Shown here piece by piece: positions 39,800 to 53,065 of a stretch of DNA of 63,444 bases. This DNA comes from Octopus bimaculoides (lineage: Eukaryota), in assembly GCF_001194135.2 (NCBI RefSeq), contig NC_068987.1:91762849-91826292 (forward strand). The letters are read 5' to 3'. Within the stretch, counting starts at the first letter, position 1; each line of letters opens with the position of its first letter. The notes under the pieces are model-generated. The model searched no databases and had not been told where the DNA came from. It was given only the letters and a program-made list of their open reading frames with translations. The position numbers and the translations under genes are program-made.

Positions 39800-40290
39800 T
39801 GTTGAATAAGAAGCTGGCTTCCCAATCACATGGTCCTAGGTTCAGTCCCACTGTGAAGAACCTTGCGCGAGTGCTTTTTACTGTAACTTTGAGTTGACCA
39901 AAGCTACANNNNNNNNNNNNNNNNNNNNNNNNNNNNNNNNNNNNNNNNNNNNNNNNNNNNNNNNNNNNNNNNNNNNNNNNNNNNNNNNNNNNNNNNNNNN
40001 NNNNNNNNNNNNNNNNNNNNNNNNNNNNNATATATGTATGTATGTGTGTGTGTGTGTGTATGTGTGTGTGTGTGTGTATGTGTGTGTGTGTGTCATTGAG
40101 TTTGTTCATCACCATCACTTGACAACCGATGTTGGTGTTTACATACCGTACTTAGCGGTTCAGCAAAAGACACCCGTAGAATAATTACCAGGCTTTGAAA
40201 TATAAGCATTGGGGTCAATTCGCTCGGGTATAATTCTTGAAGGCGTTACCCTAGTATGGCCGCTGTCTAATCATTGAAAGAATTTGAAAG
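39800..40290 (+). mobile_element. SINE family 1 spanning an assembly gap
   Basis: Head fragment 39800-39905 and tail 40095-40290 flank a gap and a TG repeat. Confidence 0.65.
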
Positions 40291-40380
40291 ATGTTTTCAC
40301 ATTTGCGTTTATTTTAATCAATATAAGAACAATTTATATAAGCGTGTGTGCATGTGAGGGTTTAATGTTCTCTACGTTTT

Positions 40381-40792
40381 ACTCTTTTACTTGTTTCAGT
40401 CATTTGACTGCGGCCATGCAGGAGCACCACCTTTAGTCGAGCAAATCGACCCCATGACTTATTCTTTGTAAGCCTAGTACTTATTCTATCGGTCTCTTTT
40501 GCCGAACCGCTAGTTTACGGGGACGTAAACACACCAGCATCGGTTGTCGAGCGATGTTGGGGGGGGGCAAACACAGACACACAAACACACACGCATATAT
40601 ATATATACATATACATATATACGACGGGATTCTTTCAGTTTTCGTCTACCAAATACACTCAAATACCCTCAAAAGGCTTTGGCCGGCCTGAGGTTATTGG
40701 AGAAGACACTTGCCGAAGGTGCTACGCAGTAGGACTGAACCCGGAACCACGTGGTTGGTAAGCAAGCTACTTACCACACAGCCACTCCTGCG
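40381..40792 (-). mobile_element. SINE family 1, full length
   Basis: Head gcaggagtggctgtgtggtaag and complete tail are both present. Confidence 0.85.
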
Positions 40793-40954
40793 TCCTCATC
40801 TTGTTTGTTGTTAACACCTTTCGGCTGATATACCCCCACCGCCTTCATCAGGTGTCTTGATGAAAGCCGGAGAGTATATCAGCCGAAATGTTGTGTTAAC
40901 AACAAACAAGATGAGGACAAATATCCGTCAAATGTAAATAAGTTAAATAATGTA
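40792..40954. mobile_element. Two family A hammerhead fragments in head-to-head inverted orientation
   Basis: 40792-40851 is the imperfect reverse complement of 40858-40918. Confidence 0.8.
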
Positions 40955-41872
40955 TTTTAGATCTTGTCCTCGAAGGAGCAAATCTTGAAATTTATCTTGT
41001 TGATATTTTGAACACAGAATGTAACTATTACCTGAAAGATATTTTTTCTGATGATGTAGCGATTCTGGCAGTTCACCGACACAGGTTAGCGTGTTCACAC
41101 AGGTACTTCATCTCATATCTCAGTAGTCTAGTTGAAGCCATAGTGTTAATAGAGATGGTGAGAGTTGATAAAATAATATCCATGTTGCAGTATACCACAT
41201 TTGTGTCATATTATTATACCGTAGAAACCTTTCATTGTCACCGTTACATTGACCAGATCCATCATTTTAACTATTTATGTTTTTTTTTGTGTGTTTTGTT
41301 TTTGTGTTCTAGGATAAGTGATGGGGACGAGGTTATTTTATTCTTCCGACTTTAAAAGCTGTGGTGTGTATTTAAGAAGGCGTATAGAAAGATGGTTTGA
41401 GAATTCTAGGCTGCTATTTCATGATTTGGTCACGAGAGATGTAGTAGAATCGCTTTAACTTAACGAGGTATGTGCATGCTACAAACTGACCCACGATGTG
41501 TAATTTTCTTCACCACAATTCCTACGTAGGGATGTTAAGATTGATGAGGTGGGTTTATAAAAGTATAGCAACTGTCAAATTAAACGGGGAAGAAGGGGTA
41601 CAGGGAAAGAACGAAAGAAAGAGAGATAAGAGAGAGGGAGAGGTGAAGGAAAGAAAAATAGGGAAAAAGAGGTTTAAAGATGCGGTAAGTGAGAAACGAT
41701 AGAGTTACAGGTACATATAGACAAACACATATACGTGCACACACTGGCACGCAGACGTGCGTGCACGTGGACTCATACGTATATGTGTGTGTGTGGTATG
41801 TGTGTGTGTGTGTGTGGTATGTTTGTGTATATATATATGTATATATACATATATACATACATATATACATAC

Positions 41873-41919
<47 letters not shown>

Positions 41920-42799
41920 NNNNNNNNNNNNNNNNNNNNNNNNNNNNNNNNNNNNNNNNNNNNNNNNNNNNNNNNNNNNNNNNNNNNNNNNNNNNNNNNN
42001 NNNNNNNNNNNNNNNNNNNNNNNNNNNNNNNNNNNGTGTGTGTGTGGTATGTGTGTGTGTGTGTGTGGTATGTTTGTGTATATATATATGTATATACATA
42101 CACACATATATGATTGTGTATGTGAAAAGTGGCCGTAGATAGAATTTCGAAAACGTAAGATTGATGACGTGACTGTAAACAAATATATAGAAAATGTAAA
42201 ACAGGTTGAATGAAAAATAAGGTGAAAAGAGACAGAAACAGACGTAAAGAGAAATATGGAGAGAGCTGGAGGGATGCATATAAATAGAAGTGGAAATAAT
42301 ATATATGTATACAGATAGATAAATGAGTATAGATAGATATATAGATAGATAGGTTGCGGTTAACGAGAAAGAGGTAAAGACCGGCAGACAGAGAAGGGGA
42401 GATAAATATGAATATTAGGAAAATTGAAAAATTAACAGAAAGAGAACAATGAATAGTAATGTATTGGAAGACATTTGTATGATGTTTGTAGTTATTCCTT
42501 TTGTGCACTGATGTCTGCCACTTGTTTTTCTATCTCTGTATTTGCCTTTGCTTGTCTACCTGCTTTCATGATGTCTGTCTTTCGCCGAATGAAAGACAGA
42601 AGCCAAGAAAGTCAGAGAGTGAAACAAGAAGACATAGGAAGAAGGGAGAGAAGGTGTGGTGAGAGAGACGGGGAGACAGAGGGAGGGGCGGGGTGGAAAT
42701 AGAAAATATACGAAATGTTGTTAGCATGAAGTGATAAAATGGGTATAAAGTGAAATACTCTTCAAATTGTATGGGGTGGAGGAATGTACATACGGTTTG

Positions 42800-42955
42800 C
42801 AGTATTTCGTATGGCGTTAGGTTCTGTGTTCAAATTCTGCTGAGGTCGACTTCACCTTTCATACTTTCAGGGTCGATAAAATAAGTACCAATTGAACACT
42901 GGCCGATGTAATCAACTTATCATTTGAAACCATTATTATTATTATTATTATTATC
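42800..42955 (+). mobile_element. SINE family 2 partial copy
   Basis: gttcaaattctgctgaggtcgacttc...gggtcgataaaataagtacca...gaaaccattattatt. Confidence 0.7.
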
Positions 42956-43155
42956 ATCATCATCAACATTATTGCAATTATTATTATTATTGTTATTTTA
43001 TTTTTTAATCCTTACATGCTATGCTTATGTCCCTTTTTATCAGTTTATACCGTGTGTACTTACTTTTGCTGTTTGTCATTTCATATGTAAAACCCTACAC
43101 TTTGTCTGTCATTGTATTGCCCCCTCATCAATCGCGGAAAATAAATGAAATCTTC

Positions 43156-43202
<47 letters not shown>

Positions 43203-43225
43203 TATTAGTATGATAATTGTTATAA

Positions 43226-43506
43226 AGGTGGTGAGCTGGCAGAACCATTACCATGCCGGACAAAATGCTTAGCGGTATTTCGCCCGTTACTATGTTCTGA
43301 GTTCAAATTCCACCGAGGTCGACTTTGCCTGTCATATTTTCAGGTTCGATAAAATTAAGTACCAGCTGAACACTGGGATCAATGGAATCGAATCATCCCC
43401 TCCCCAAAATTGCTACCCTTGAAACAAAATTCGAAACCATTCTTCTTCTTCTTCTTCTTCTTCTTCTTCTTCTTCTTCTTCTTCTTCTTCTTCTTCTTCT
43501 TCTTCT
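43226..43506 (+). mobile_element. SINE family 2 with (CTT)n tail
   Basis: ggtggtgagctggcagaa head; ends aaattcgaaacca(ttc)n. Confidence 0.8.
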
Positions 43507-43509
43507 TTA

Positions 43510-44327
43510 CTTTTAATCTGCATGTATGCTACAGTCACTAGCCAGACACACCCAGCGTCCTAATGCGAGTGAAGGATAAGAGAGGTAGCAGTATGACTGA
43601 AAGGTTGGGGAGGGGATGTGCCATGGGCAGTAGCGAAATATCATCATGTAATACAACACAGAAATTTAAACTAATAAGGTTTTTCTAAGGGTGTGCTCAG
43701 TACTGGTAAGCAGAATTGTTTGATTTCTCTGAGACATGGTCCTCCTGGGATATTATGCAGATGTTTTTGCCATCCCTTTCTCATCATACCTAGGGCACAC
43801 ACAATAACAAAAAAAGGTTTCGCTTTAAGATGCCACATGTTTTTTTTATTTCAATTTTCAGGTCCTTATATTTACTTCATTTGTCAAATTCCTTCACAGA
43901 TATATTTTCATCGGTGAGAACACTTACATCTATTAGTCTGCAAGTATTTTCTTGCATGTCTTTAATGACTATCTCCAGTCGATTAGCCTGAATCACTCTG
44001 TCGGAGTTGACTTGACAATCCCTGAGGATAGTGACATTTTTACCTCCAGCGACTGGCTGAAGATGTTGTTCATACCAGTAAGCAAGAGTGTTGATTTTGT
44101 AGTGTTTACATGATTTTTCTATGTCAATACTGTCCAATCTCGTGGCGAATTTCCTTTTCGTTTGTTGTCAACACAGGACATTTCGAGACGAGATGGTCTA
44201 TTTTTTCGTCAAATGTATCGCAGAATCTGCATTTAGGGTCAGAACCGTTTTGAAGAACGTCAGCCTTATAGTTTTTGGTAAGCAAGGTTTGGTCTTGTGC
44301 CGCTAATATGAAACATTCAGTCTGCTT
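43510..44327 (-). mobile_element. 5'-truncated R4/Dong-like RLE retrotransposon, second family, decayed
   Basis: FILAAQDQTLLTKNY, CRFCDTFDEKIDHLVSKC, ANRLEIVIKD...CRLIDVSV..DENIS, VCALGM and EIKQ..LTSTEHTLRK. The 3' UTR boundary is approximate. Confidence 0.85.
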
Positions 44328-44350
44328 TCATCATCATCATCATCATCATC

Positions 44351-44439
<89 letters not shown>

Positions 44440-44553
44440 CATTTCTGCTTTTATTATCATTATTTTTATTATTATTGTTGTTGCTGCTGTTGTTGCTGTT
44501 GTTGTTGTTATTATTATTATTATTATCATTATTATTATTATTATTATTATTAC

Positions 44554-44610
<57 letters not shown>

Positions 44611-44670
44611 CATTATCGTCATCTTCATCATCATCATCATCATTATCATCATTGTCATCATTATTATGAT
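44328..44670. repeat. Compound trinucleotide array (ATC/ATT/GTT)
   Basis: Directly visible. Confidence 0.95.
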
Positions 44671-45483
44671 TCATGTATATTATTAAGAATATCATTCAAT
44701 AGATACATGAATAATTTATTGAATTTCAACAAATCTAAGATTTTTCTCTGTTTTTTTCATAAATTCCTCACTGTATTAACACACTATTTACGGTAGAGTG
44801 TGAAGGTCACGTGCCTCTCTCAAAATAATAAACCGTGTCAAGAGACAAAGATTATCTTTTTTGCCAATCTCTCATTCACTTCCTTATTTTAATTTTGATT
44901 CAGCTTTCGCCGAGTTTGTCTGCTCTCCATGTTGTTAAAGGTTTTCAGTCTGTTTCTTTGCAAAAACCTGAACAAAAACCCAAACTTTTACATAATTACA
45001 TNNNNNNNNNNNNNNNNNNNNNNNNNNNNNNNNNNNNNNNNNNNNNNNNNNNNNNNNNNNNNNNNNNNNNNNNNNNNNNNNNNNNNNNNNNNNNNNNNNN
45101 NNNNNNNNNNNNNNNNNNNNNNNNNNNNNNNNNNNNNNNNNNNNNNNNNNNNNNNNNNNNNNNNNNNNNNNNNNNNNNNNNNNNNNNNNNNNNNNNNNNN
45201 NNNNNNNNNNNNNNNNNNNNNNNNNNNNNNNNNNNNNNNNNNNNNNNNNNNNNNNNNNNNNNNNNNNNNNNNNNNNNNNNNNNNNNNNNNNNNNNNNNNN
45301 NNNNNNNNNNNNNNNNNNNNNNNNNNNNNNTATATATATACACATATATATATGTAGGTAGGTATATACATACATATATAGACATATATACGGACATAAA
45401 TATACATATATATATATAGATATACACATATATATACATACATACATACACACACCACACACATACACATACACACACACAGA

Positions 45484-45522
<39 letters not shown>

Positions 45523-46258
45523 GCATGCATGAGTCATCGTATTTATTAGTATTTACATCAGTAAGAACTGCCATTGAGTGACAAGGCTCCATGAATCCTA
45601 AACGGCTAACATACGTATCCGTAGCTGCCTCTGCCCCTCCGCATATACAAACATTCCGAATGTTTTTGCATTTGAAATCTATGCAAGACTCTGTAAAGCT
45701 GTATACACATAGACAAATACATACCTACACACATACAGACATGGATACATTGATAAACAAACACACACATACAAATATATATATGTATGTATATGTATGC
45801 GTATGTATATATGCACACATATATATTTATACAAGTGTGTATATATTATATATTATATATATACGCATATAAGTACACACACACACACATATACGTACAT
45901 GTCGACAATGATGTAGTGCGTTCGTATATGTGATCTCTCTAATTATGTTTACTCCGAGTGATGCTATATTTAGTACTTATTTAATGTGTTTATTACCTGC
46001 CACCTCTCTCGCCCATCGTCTTCCACCTCTCTTACAACCGATTAAATTATGGTAGAATGGTAGAGATGTGAAGAGACGATGAATAACACATATGAATCAT
46101 AAAATCATAAAATTAAAGTCTACCTGATAGAATGTGTTGCTATGTCTCGATGCAAGACAATTTGCATTCATATTAGAAAATGCCATTCCATTTAGTCTGG
46201 ACATTTTTGAAATTGAAAGAAGTGAGAAGAAAAAAAAATCAAAGATCAATACATATAC

Positions 46259-46299
<41 letters not shown>

Positions 46300-47509
46300 T
46301 GTCCATATAAATATATGCATGTATATATATATATATAAACATACTCTNNNNNNNNNNNNNNNNNNNNNNNNNNNNNNNNNNNNNNNNNNNNNNNNNNNNN
46401 NNNNNNNNNNNNNNNNNNNNNNNNNNNNNNNNNNNNNNNNNNNNNNNNNNNNNNNNNNNNNNNNNNNNNNNNNNNNNNNNNNNNNNNNNNNNNNNNNNNN
46501 NNNNNNNNNNNNNNNNNNNNNNNNNNNNNNNNNNNNNNNNNNNTATATATATATATATATATATATGTCTATATGTATATATATATATATATGTCTATAT
46601 GTGTGTATATATACTTATACATACACACACATACACGTACACGCGCACACAGACATGTGTGTTTGCAGGTATGTATGTATGTACGCAAAAAGCCTGAAAG
46701 ATAAATAAAAAGCGAGACGAAAGAGAAACGAGGTATGAGTAAGGTAATGAAAACAATATAATAATATTTTGGTGTTATTACTTTTCAACGCTGTTGTAAT
46801 ATCGTATTTTATGTTACAGCAAGACAGAATTCTAGCCTCTATAATGAAGGTAAATAGAATATTTTTTATAAAACTATTTAACTTGTGGACAGAAAACACA
46901 GACATACACACACACACGCACATACGCACATGTACACACACAGAGACACACATATATACTCACACAAGATACATGCACTCACACATACACACACACACAC
47001 AAAGACATATGCATACCAACAAATGGTAGCGGACAAAACATACACACTTACAGACGTGTTCATATACTTTACATATATGTGTGTGTATATTAGTGCGTGT
47101 TTATATATTGAATATGATGCATATATACACGATATAAAAGCAGGAAACGAAAGAGATAGATAGATAGATAAACAGAAAGGGGTGGCGAAGAATTCTTATT
47201 GGAATTGAATATTTTCACAAACTATTACTAACAGTTTCAGTTAACCAAGTGCCGCATTGGCCATTTCTGCTTTTGTTTAGTTCTAACAGGTCATTTATTA
47301 CATTTTGTGTTTCTGTTAATATCTTCAAAAGAGTTGATTGTTCTTCATCTTAGTGAAACGCGTAAATTTCCAAATTGCAACAACATATAATTAGTATTCA
47401 GCTCTGTTGTGGCAAACAGCAAAATTAACCATGCTTTCAATGCTTACTTGCTTAAGGCAGTCCATCTTGACAGATAACGTCATTTTTGATCCTTAGGGGT
47501 TGTGTTGAT

Positions 47510-47835
47510 GGCGTTGGCAGGGCCCACACGTGGTTGAAAAGGCCGATTCTGAAGACACATGTCAGGTTACACTAAGAGCAGCTCGTCTAGGATTTTGTCT
47601 CCGCTTTTCGTCGCGAAGTCTAGTCCGCTCATCCTCAAAATGTTGCGTAGCAGTTTTGACCATACCCCTCCAGGCTGTACGATCTGTGGCTAATGTTTCA
47701 ATTCACCAGGGGTCGATGTTGCAGAGCTTCAGCGATTTCTTGAGATGATCTTTATATCGCTTCTTTGGTCTTCCGTGCGGTCAGTTATCCTCTGCTAACT
47801 CCCCCAAAAGCATAACCTTGGGTATACGGTTTTCA
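47510..47835 (-). mobile_element. RTE-clade LINE 3' end with in-frame stops
   Basis: RIPKVMLLGEL, GRPKKRYKDHLKKSLKLCNID, DRTAWRGMV, FEDER...KRR and RIGLFNH. Confidence 0.9.
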
Positions 47836-48419
47836 ATAACAGCAGCAGAAACGGCCGGAATATGTGCACGGATCTGTTTTCCTCTATATATCTGTTTTTC
47901 ATATCAGCGACATTTCCTAAATGAACGCATGGTATGCGGTGAATGCTCAATTGTTTAAATAAAGAATGAATCCCTCGAGAGTCTGCAAGAAGATTACATA
48001 ATATTATGTGTCGTCTTCCTATTATATCTTGAGTTCTATTCTTGCATTCTCAGGTTTAAATTTCAGGAGGCATTCCTAGAGTGCACGTTGAAACATGTAC
48101 AAAAAATAAACACTAAGTTAACTGGTTCATAGAGGAGGGGAGATTAATCTGTGGAAAAACGTTCAGATTTTGAAATTAGAATCTAATATGAAGACTGTAC
48201 GTTACTTGCAGAGCTGCGAGAATTAGCTATCTCTTTCATATTGTACTGCATTATTTCAAGCACAGAAGCTGTGGCTAATATGGTCTTCTGTGTCCTTTGC
48301 TTATGGTTATTGTCAGTTCTTGTTGCAATTTATCGAAACAAACACGATAACATGAACAATCATTTTGGTCCAGAATAAATAAAAATAAAAGCTATCGAGG
48401 TCGTCCCATGTCTGTCAAG

Positions 48420-48650
48420 AACCTAAGGAATTATAAAGCGGGGTCTTTACTCAGTTTCCATGATTTATTAGTGTCTGAGATTACACCTTCCCTGAACGGG
48501 ACGATCGTCTTCCTAGCTATTGTTGGAATGCATTTACATCTGGGTGGACTGAGGCAGCAGGGAGAAAAGAAGAGTTTTCCTCAAGAACACAAAGCACGAT
48601 CTGCGAATCGAAATCACGGTCACACAACTGTGACCTCAACATCGCTAACC
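48420..48650 (-). mobile_element. Degenerate tRNA-derived SINE, unassigned family
   Basis: Reverse complement reads ttcgattcg...gtgttcttgag...ctcagtccacccagatgtaaatg...cgtcccgttcaggg...catggaaactga. Confidence 0.55.
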
Positions 48651-49155
48651 GATAGGCCACATACATTCAAGCCATGGAGGTAGGTTTAGCAAATATGCAA
48701 TTTAGATCTGGGAAACTCGAGGTTTTTAAAGTATATTTGCCGCGAGAAGTGTAAGTTTTATAGTTTCATACTTTGTCTTTTGTTGTAGAGTGAGAAAACA
48801 CAACCCGACTTTTAAACGGATTTCAGATTTTACTTTTTAATAAGATTTTAAATTTACTACCTTAAAAAGCTGGTAACTTAACGGAATCGCAGTGGATTTT
48901 AACACCTAACTCATTGAGAGAATTAACCCGAGGCTAAACAACAACTACATCGAGTTATTCTATGGATACGAAATATAAACACTTCGGAAATTTTGTCATA
49001 TAGAATTAATTTAATGCATCATGTCCGTTGATCAGAAATATATTTGGATCGAATTGGAAAATAAATAATTTTCTGAAATCCAATTTTAATACATAACATT
49101 GAGTTGCTTTAATATAATTATGGAAATGAATCTAAACATAGCATAACGGACATTG

Positions 49156-49271
<116 letters not shown>

Positions 49272-50269
49272 CACATATCTACAAACACGCAATACATCCA
49301 CAAACACACAACCATACATAGACTAACACAAGCACGCACAAACACCTAATATAATTTTGTTTGCATTGGTGAAATTTTCATTCTAGATTGAAAATAACTT
49401 ATTAATATTCATTACAAAAGAAAATAATAATTCTGAAATATCCGCATAATTCTCTCTGCACATATTAGCTGGTAAAAGTTGACAAATAAGATTTTATTTA
49501 AAAGTAAGTCTACAGGGTAAACCTTACGTCATCTTAATTCCATAAAATTTCATTCAATGTGTGTGTGTGAGCGCGCGTGCATGCTCGCGTGTGCGCATGC
49601 TCGCGTGTGAGTACGTGTGTGAGTATGTGTGTGTATATGTTTGTGTGTGTATGTGTGTATACATAAGTATATGTAAATACGCACAGCAACACACACCTAT
49701 TAGAAGAAAGATGAAGAACCTTCAGTTGTTCAATCAATTCAAACCACTGCTCCTTATACCACGTATGCTTAGCTGAGTACTCCGCATATATTTGTTGCAT
49801 TTAACTTATTCTCAGGCAGTGTGTGACAAGGCTGTGCCTCATGAATTTCAAGAGCAATACTCATGATGAGCTTATATACAACAATTCAATCACAAATTAA
49901 GGGTCGAGTCGAGTTAAAAGAAAATGAAATTTATCGAGATGCCATGCAGTGAGGTTTGCACGTGACCGGGCACCCCATGTGAACTTGTATTCCCATTGAA
50001 ACTCCAAACGTGAACTCTACAACTGAAATGCGAATGACGACTACGCTACGGCGCCCGCGCTATCCGACGCACTTGCTCTCTCAGAGAGACATTTGCCAAA
50101 TGGTAAGATGAAGTTGTGGGTTGCACGTAGAAGTATTATCACGTTTGATGGAACGTTAGGGCCCCGACCGTCGAACGTGATCAGCATTTGTGAGGGACGT
50201 GGCGAACTCTTTGGTCGGAACCGGCTTAAGCTACGCCGGGGGAAATGTCGCCGCAAGTACGAGCACAAA

Positions 50270-50410
50270 TCGTGGCACTCCGTCGGTTACGACGACGAGG
50301 GTTCCAGTTGATCCAATCAATGGAACAGCCTGCTCGTGAAATTAACGTGCAAGTAGCTGAGCACTCCACAGACACGTGGACCCTTAACATAGTTCTCGGG
50401 GAGATTAAGC
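50270..50410 (-). mobile_element. SINE 3' tail, family 4
   Basis: Reverse complement ...acgtgtctgtggagtgctcagc.acttgcacgttaatttcacgagcaggctgttcc...gtcgtaaccgacggagtgcca, recalled as a common cephalopod SINE tail. Single copy in this window. Confidence 0.55.
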
Positions 50411-50626
50411 GTACAAGATCTATATATANNNNNNNNNNNNNNNNNNNNNNNNNNNNNNNNNNNNNNNNNNNNNNNNNNNNNNNNNNNNNNNNNNNNNNNN
50501 NNNNNNNNNNNNNNNNNNNNNNNNNNNNNNNNNNNNNNNNNNNNNNNNNNNNNNNNNNNNNNNNNNNNNNNNNNNNNNNNNNNNNNNNNNNNNNNNNNNN
50601 NNNNNNNNNNNNNNNNNNNNNNNNNN

Positions 50627-50663
<37 letters not shown>

Positions 50664-50838
50664 TCAAATTCTATAGAAACAAGTTCTTTCATATATAGTA
50701 CTGTGCTAGAGTTTTATTACCGCGTTAAAAGTACTATTTTATTGTAATTAGATTTATCTTGTAGCTATTATTTCGTGATAATATCATAAGTAATTATTAT
50801 GCATTGTAATTATTAATATACAAATATTATGTGTGAAA

Positions 50839-51113
50839 GCACGTGAGTTGGAGGTTAGGCATGTTACAATTAGGATATCGTTGTTTCGATTCCCAGACCG
50901 GCGGCGAAACGCATCCTTACCTGTTGCTCAAGTCCACTGAACTATGAAAGAGTAGCCTTGAAACGGACTCACCTTCCAATCAGGGTAACAGTTGGCCTGC
51001 TCGCCCAGCCAGCGAAATGCTATCACTCGAAAGCTAAAACGATGCAAAGCGCATTGTGACCAGCGATGTATAACGACATGTGATAGGCTGCTCGATCACG
51101 TGTTCACGTGATA
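50839..51113 (+). mobile_element. SINE family 3
   Basis: Matches 38224-38495. Confidence 0.75.
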
Positions 51114-51274
51114 ATTATTATGTAAAAAAAAAAGGACTGTGGGTCTCCATTCACCTCATCGAGTTTGGCTGTAGAATCTCTAATATGTTGAAGTTATATA
51201 AAGTAGAGTCGAATAATAACATTGCCTGGTTATCTCAGCATTCAAAGCTTTTAATAATGTTTGCAAATACTGTG

Positions 51275-52236
51275 ACTGTTGGGTAAGAAGTTTGCTTCCG
51301 AAATCCATGACTCGGGGTTCAGTACTACGATGTGGTACCTTCGGGAACTGCTTTCTACTATAGCTTCGGGACGATCAAATTATTGTGAGAGGATTTGGTT
51401 GATGGAAACTGAAAGAAGCCTGTCGTATATATATATGTTTATATATATGTATATATATATATGNNNNNNNNNNNNNNNNNNNNNNNNNNNNNNNNNNNNN
51501 NNNNNNNNNNNNNNNNNNNNNNNNNNNNNNNNNNNNNNNNNNNNNNNNNNNNNNNNNNNNNNNNNNNNNNNNNNNNNNNNNNNNNNNNNNNNNNNNNNNN
51601 NNNNNNNNNNNNNNNNNNNNNNNNNNNNNNNNNNNNNNNNNNNNNNNNNNNNNNNNNNNNNNNNNNNNNNNNNNNNNNNNNNNNNNNNNNNNNNNNNNNN
51701 NNNNNNNNNNNNNNNNNNNNNNNNNNNNNNNNNNNNNNNNNNNNNNNNNNNNNNNNNNNNNNNNNNNNNNNNNNNNNNNNNNNNNNNNNNNNNNNNNNNN
51801 NNNNNNNNNNNNNNNNNNNNNNNNNNNNNNNNNNNNNNNNNNNNNNNNNNNNNNNNNNNNNNNNNNNNNNNNNNNNNNNNNNNNNNNNNNNNNNNNNNNN
51901 NNNNNNNNNNNNNNNNNNNNNNNNNNNNNNNNNNNNNNNNNNNNNNNNNNNNNNNNNNNNNNNNNNNNNNNNNNNNNNNNNNNNNNNNNNNNNNNNNNNN
52001 NNNNNNNNNNNNNNNNNNNNNNNNNNNNNNNNNNNNNNNNNNNNNNNNNNNNNNNNNNNNNNNNNNNNNNNNNNNNNNNNNNNNNNNNNNNNNNNNNNNN
52101 NNNNNNNNNNNNNNNNNNNNNNNNNNNNNNNNNNNNNNNNNNNNNNNNNNNNNNNNNNNNNNNNNNNNNNNNNNNNNNNNNNNNNNNNNNNNNNNNNNNN
52201 NNNNNNNNNNNNNNNNNNNNNNNNNNNNNNNNNNNN

Positions 52237-52280
<44 letters not shown>

Positions 52281-52545
52281 TGTATGTAAGTATGTATGTA
52301 TGCGTGGGCGCGTGTGCGTGTGTGTTTGTGACAGTGTTTGTCTCTCCTGCCACCGCTTGAGAACCGCTGCTAATGTATTTACGTCTGCATAACTTAGCGG
52401 TTCGGCAAAATTTTTCGATAGATTAAGTACCTGGTTTAAAAAAATAAGTACCCGAGGTCAATACATTCGACTAAATATTCTTCAAGGCGGTGCCCAGCCA
52501 TGGGTGCAGTCTAATGACTCGAACAAAAGATAAAAGATAAATAAC
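51275..52545 (+). mobile_element. SINE family 1 spanning an assembly gap
   Basis: Head 51275-51430 and tail 52320-52545. Confidence 0.65.
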
Positions 52546-52896
52546 TGTATAAATATTCGTGAGAAATCGGGTGAAATAACGTCGCTAGCGAGGTCCATAC
52601 TTCGGGTATTTCCTGCCAAGAAGAATCCCATGAACACAGAGATATTCTGCCCATTCAATTTCTTCCACTTCCTGGAACTTTTCAAAATTTTACGAAGCGT
52701 TAACATTAAAGCCTCTTCATGTGATACNNNNNNNNNNGAACTTTTCAAAATTTTACGAAGCGTTAACATTAAAGCCTCTTCATGTGATACGACAGTATCG
52801 AAATTGCTGAAGGTTTAGTCGTAAAGTTTTCCGTCGACACATACACACATATACGGGCACAGTCAAGCACACCCATGTACATATGCGTGTTTATGC

Positions 52897-52932
<36 letters not shown>

Positions 52933-52974
52933 NNNNNNNNNNTTTATCTATACATACACATATACATACACACA

Positions 52975-53032
<58 letters not shown>

Positions 53033-53033
53033 C

Positions 53034-53065
<32 letters not shown>

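Noticed and set aside
41785-42105. Repeated gtgtggtatg block across a gap
   Set aside because: Low-complexity sequence flanking a gap; likely an artefact.
52675-52790. Identical 53-bp repeat either side of a 10-N gap
   Set aside because: Same assembly-overlap artefact; not a CRISPR or a biological repeat.
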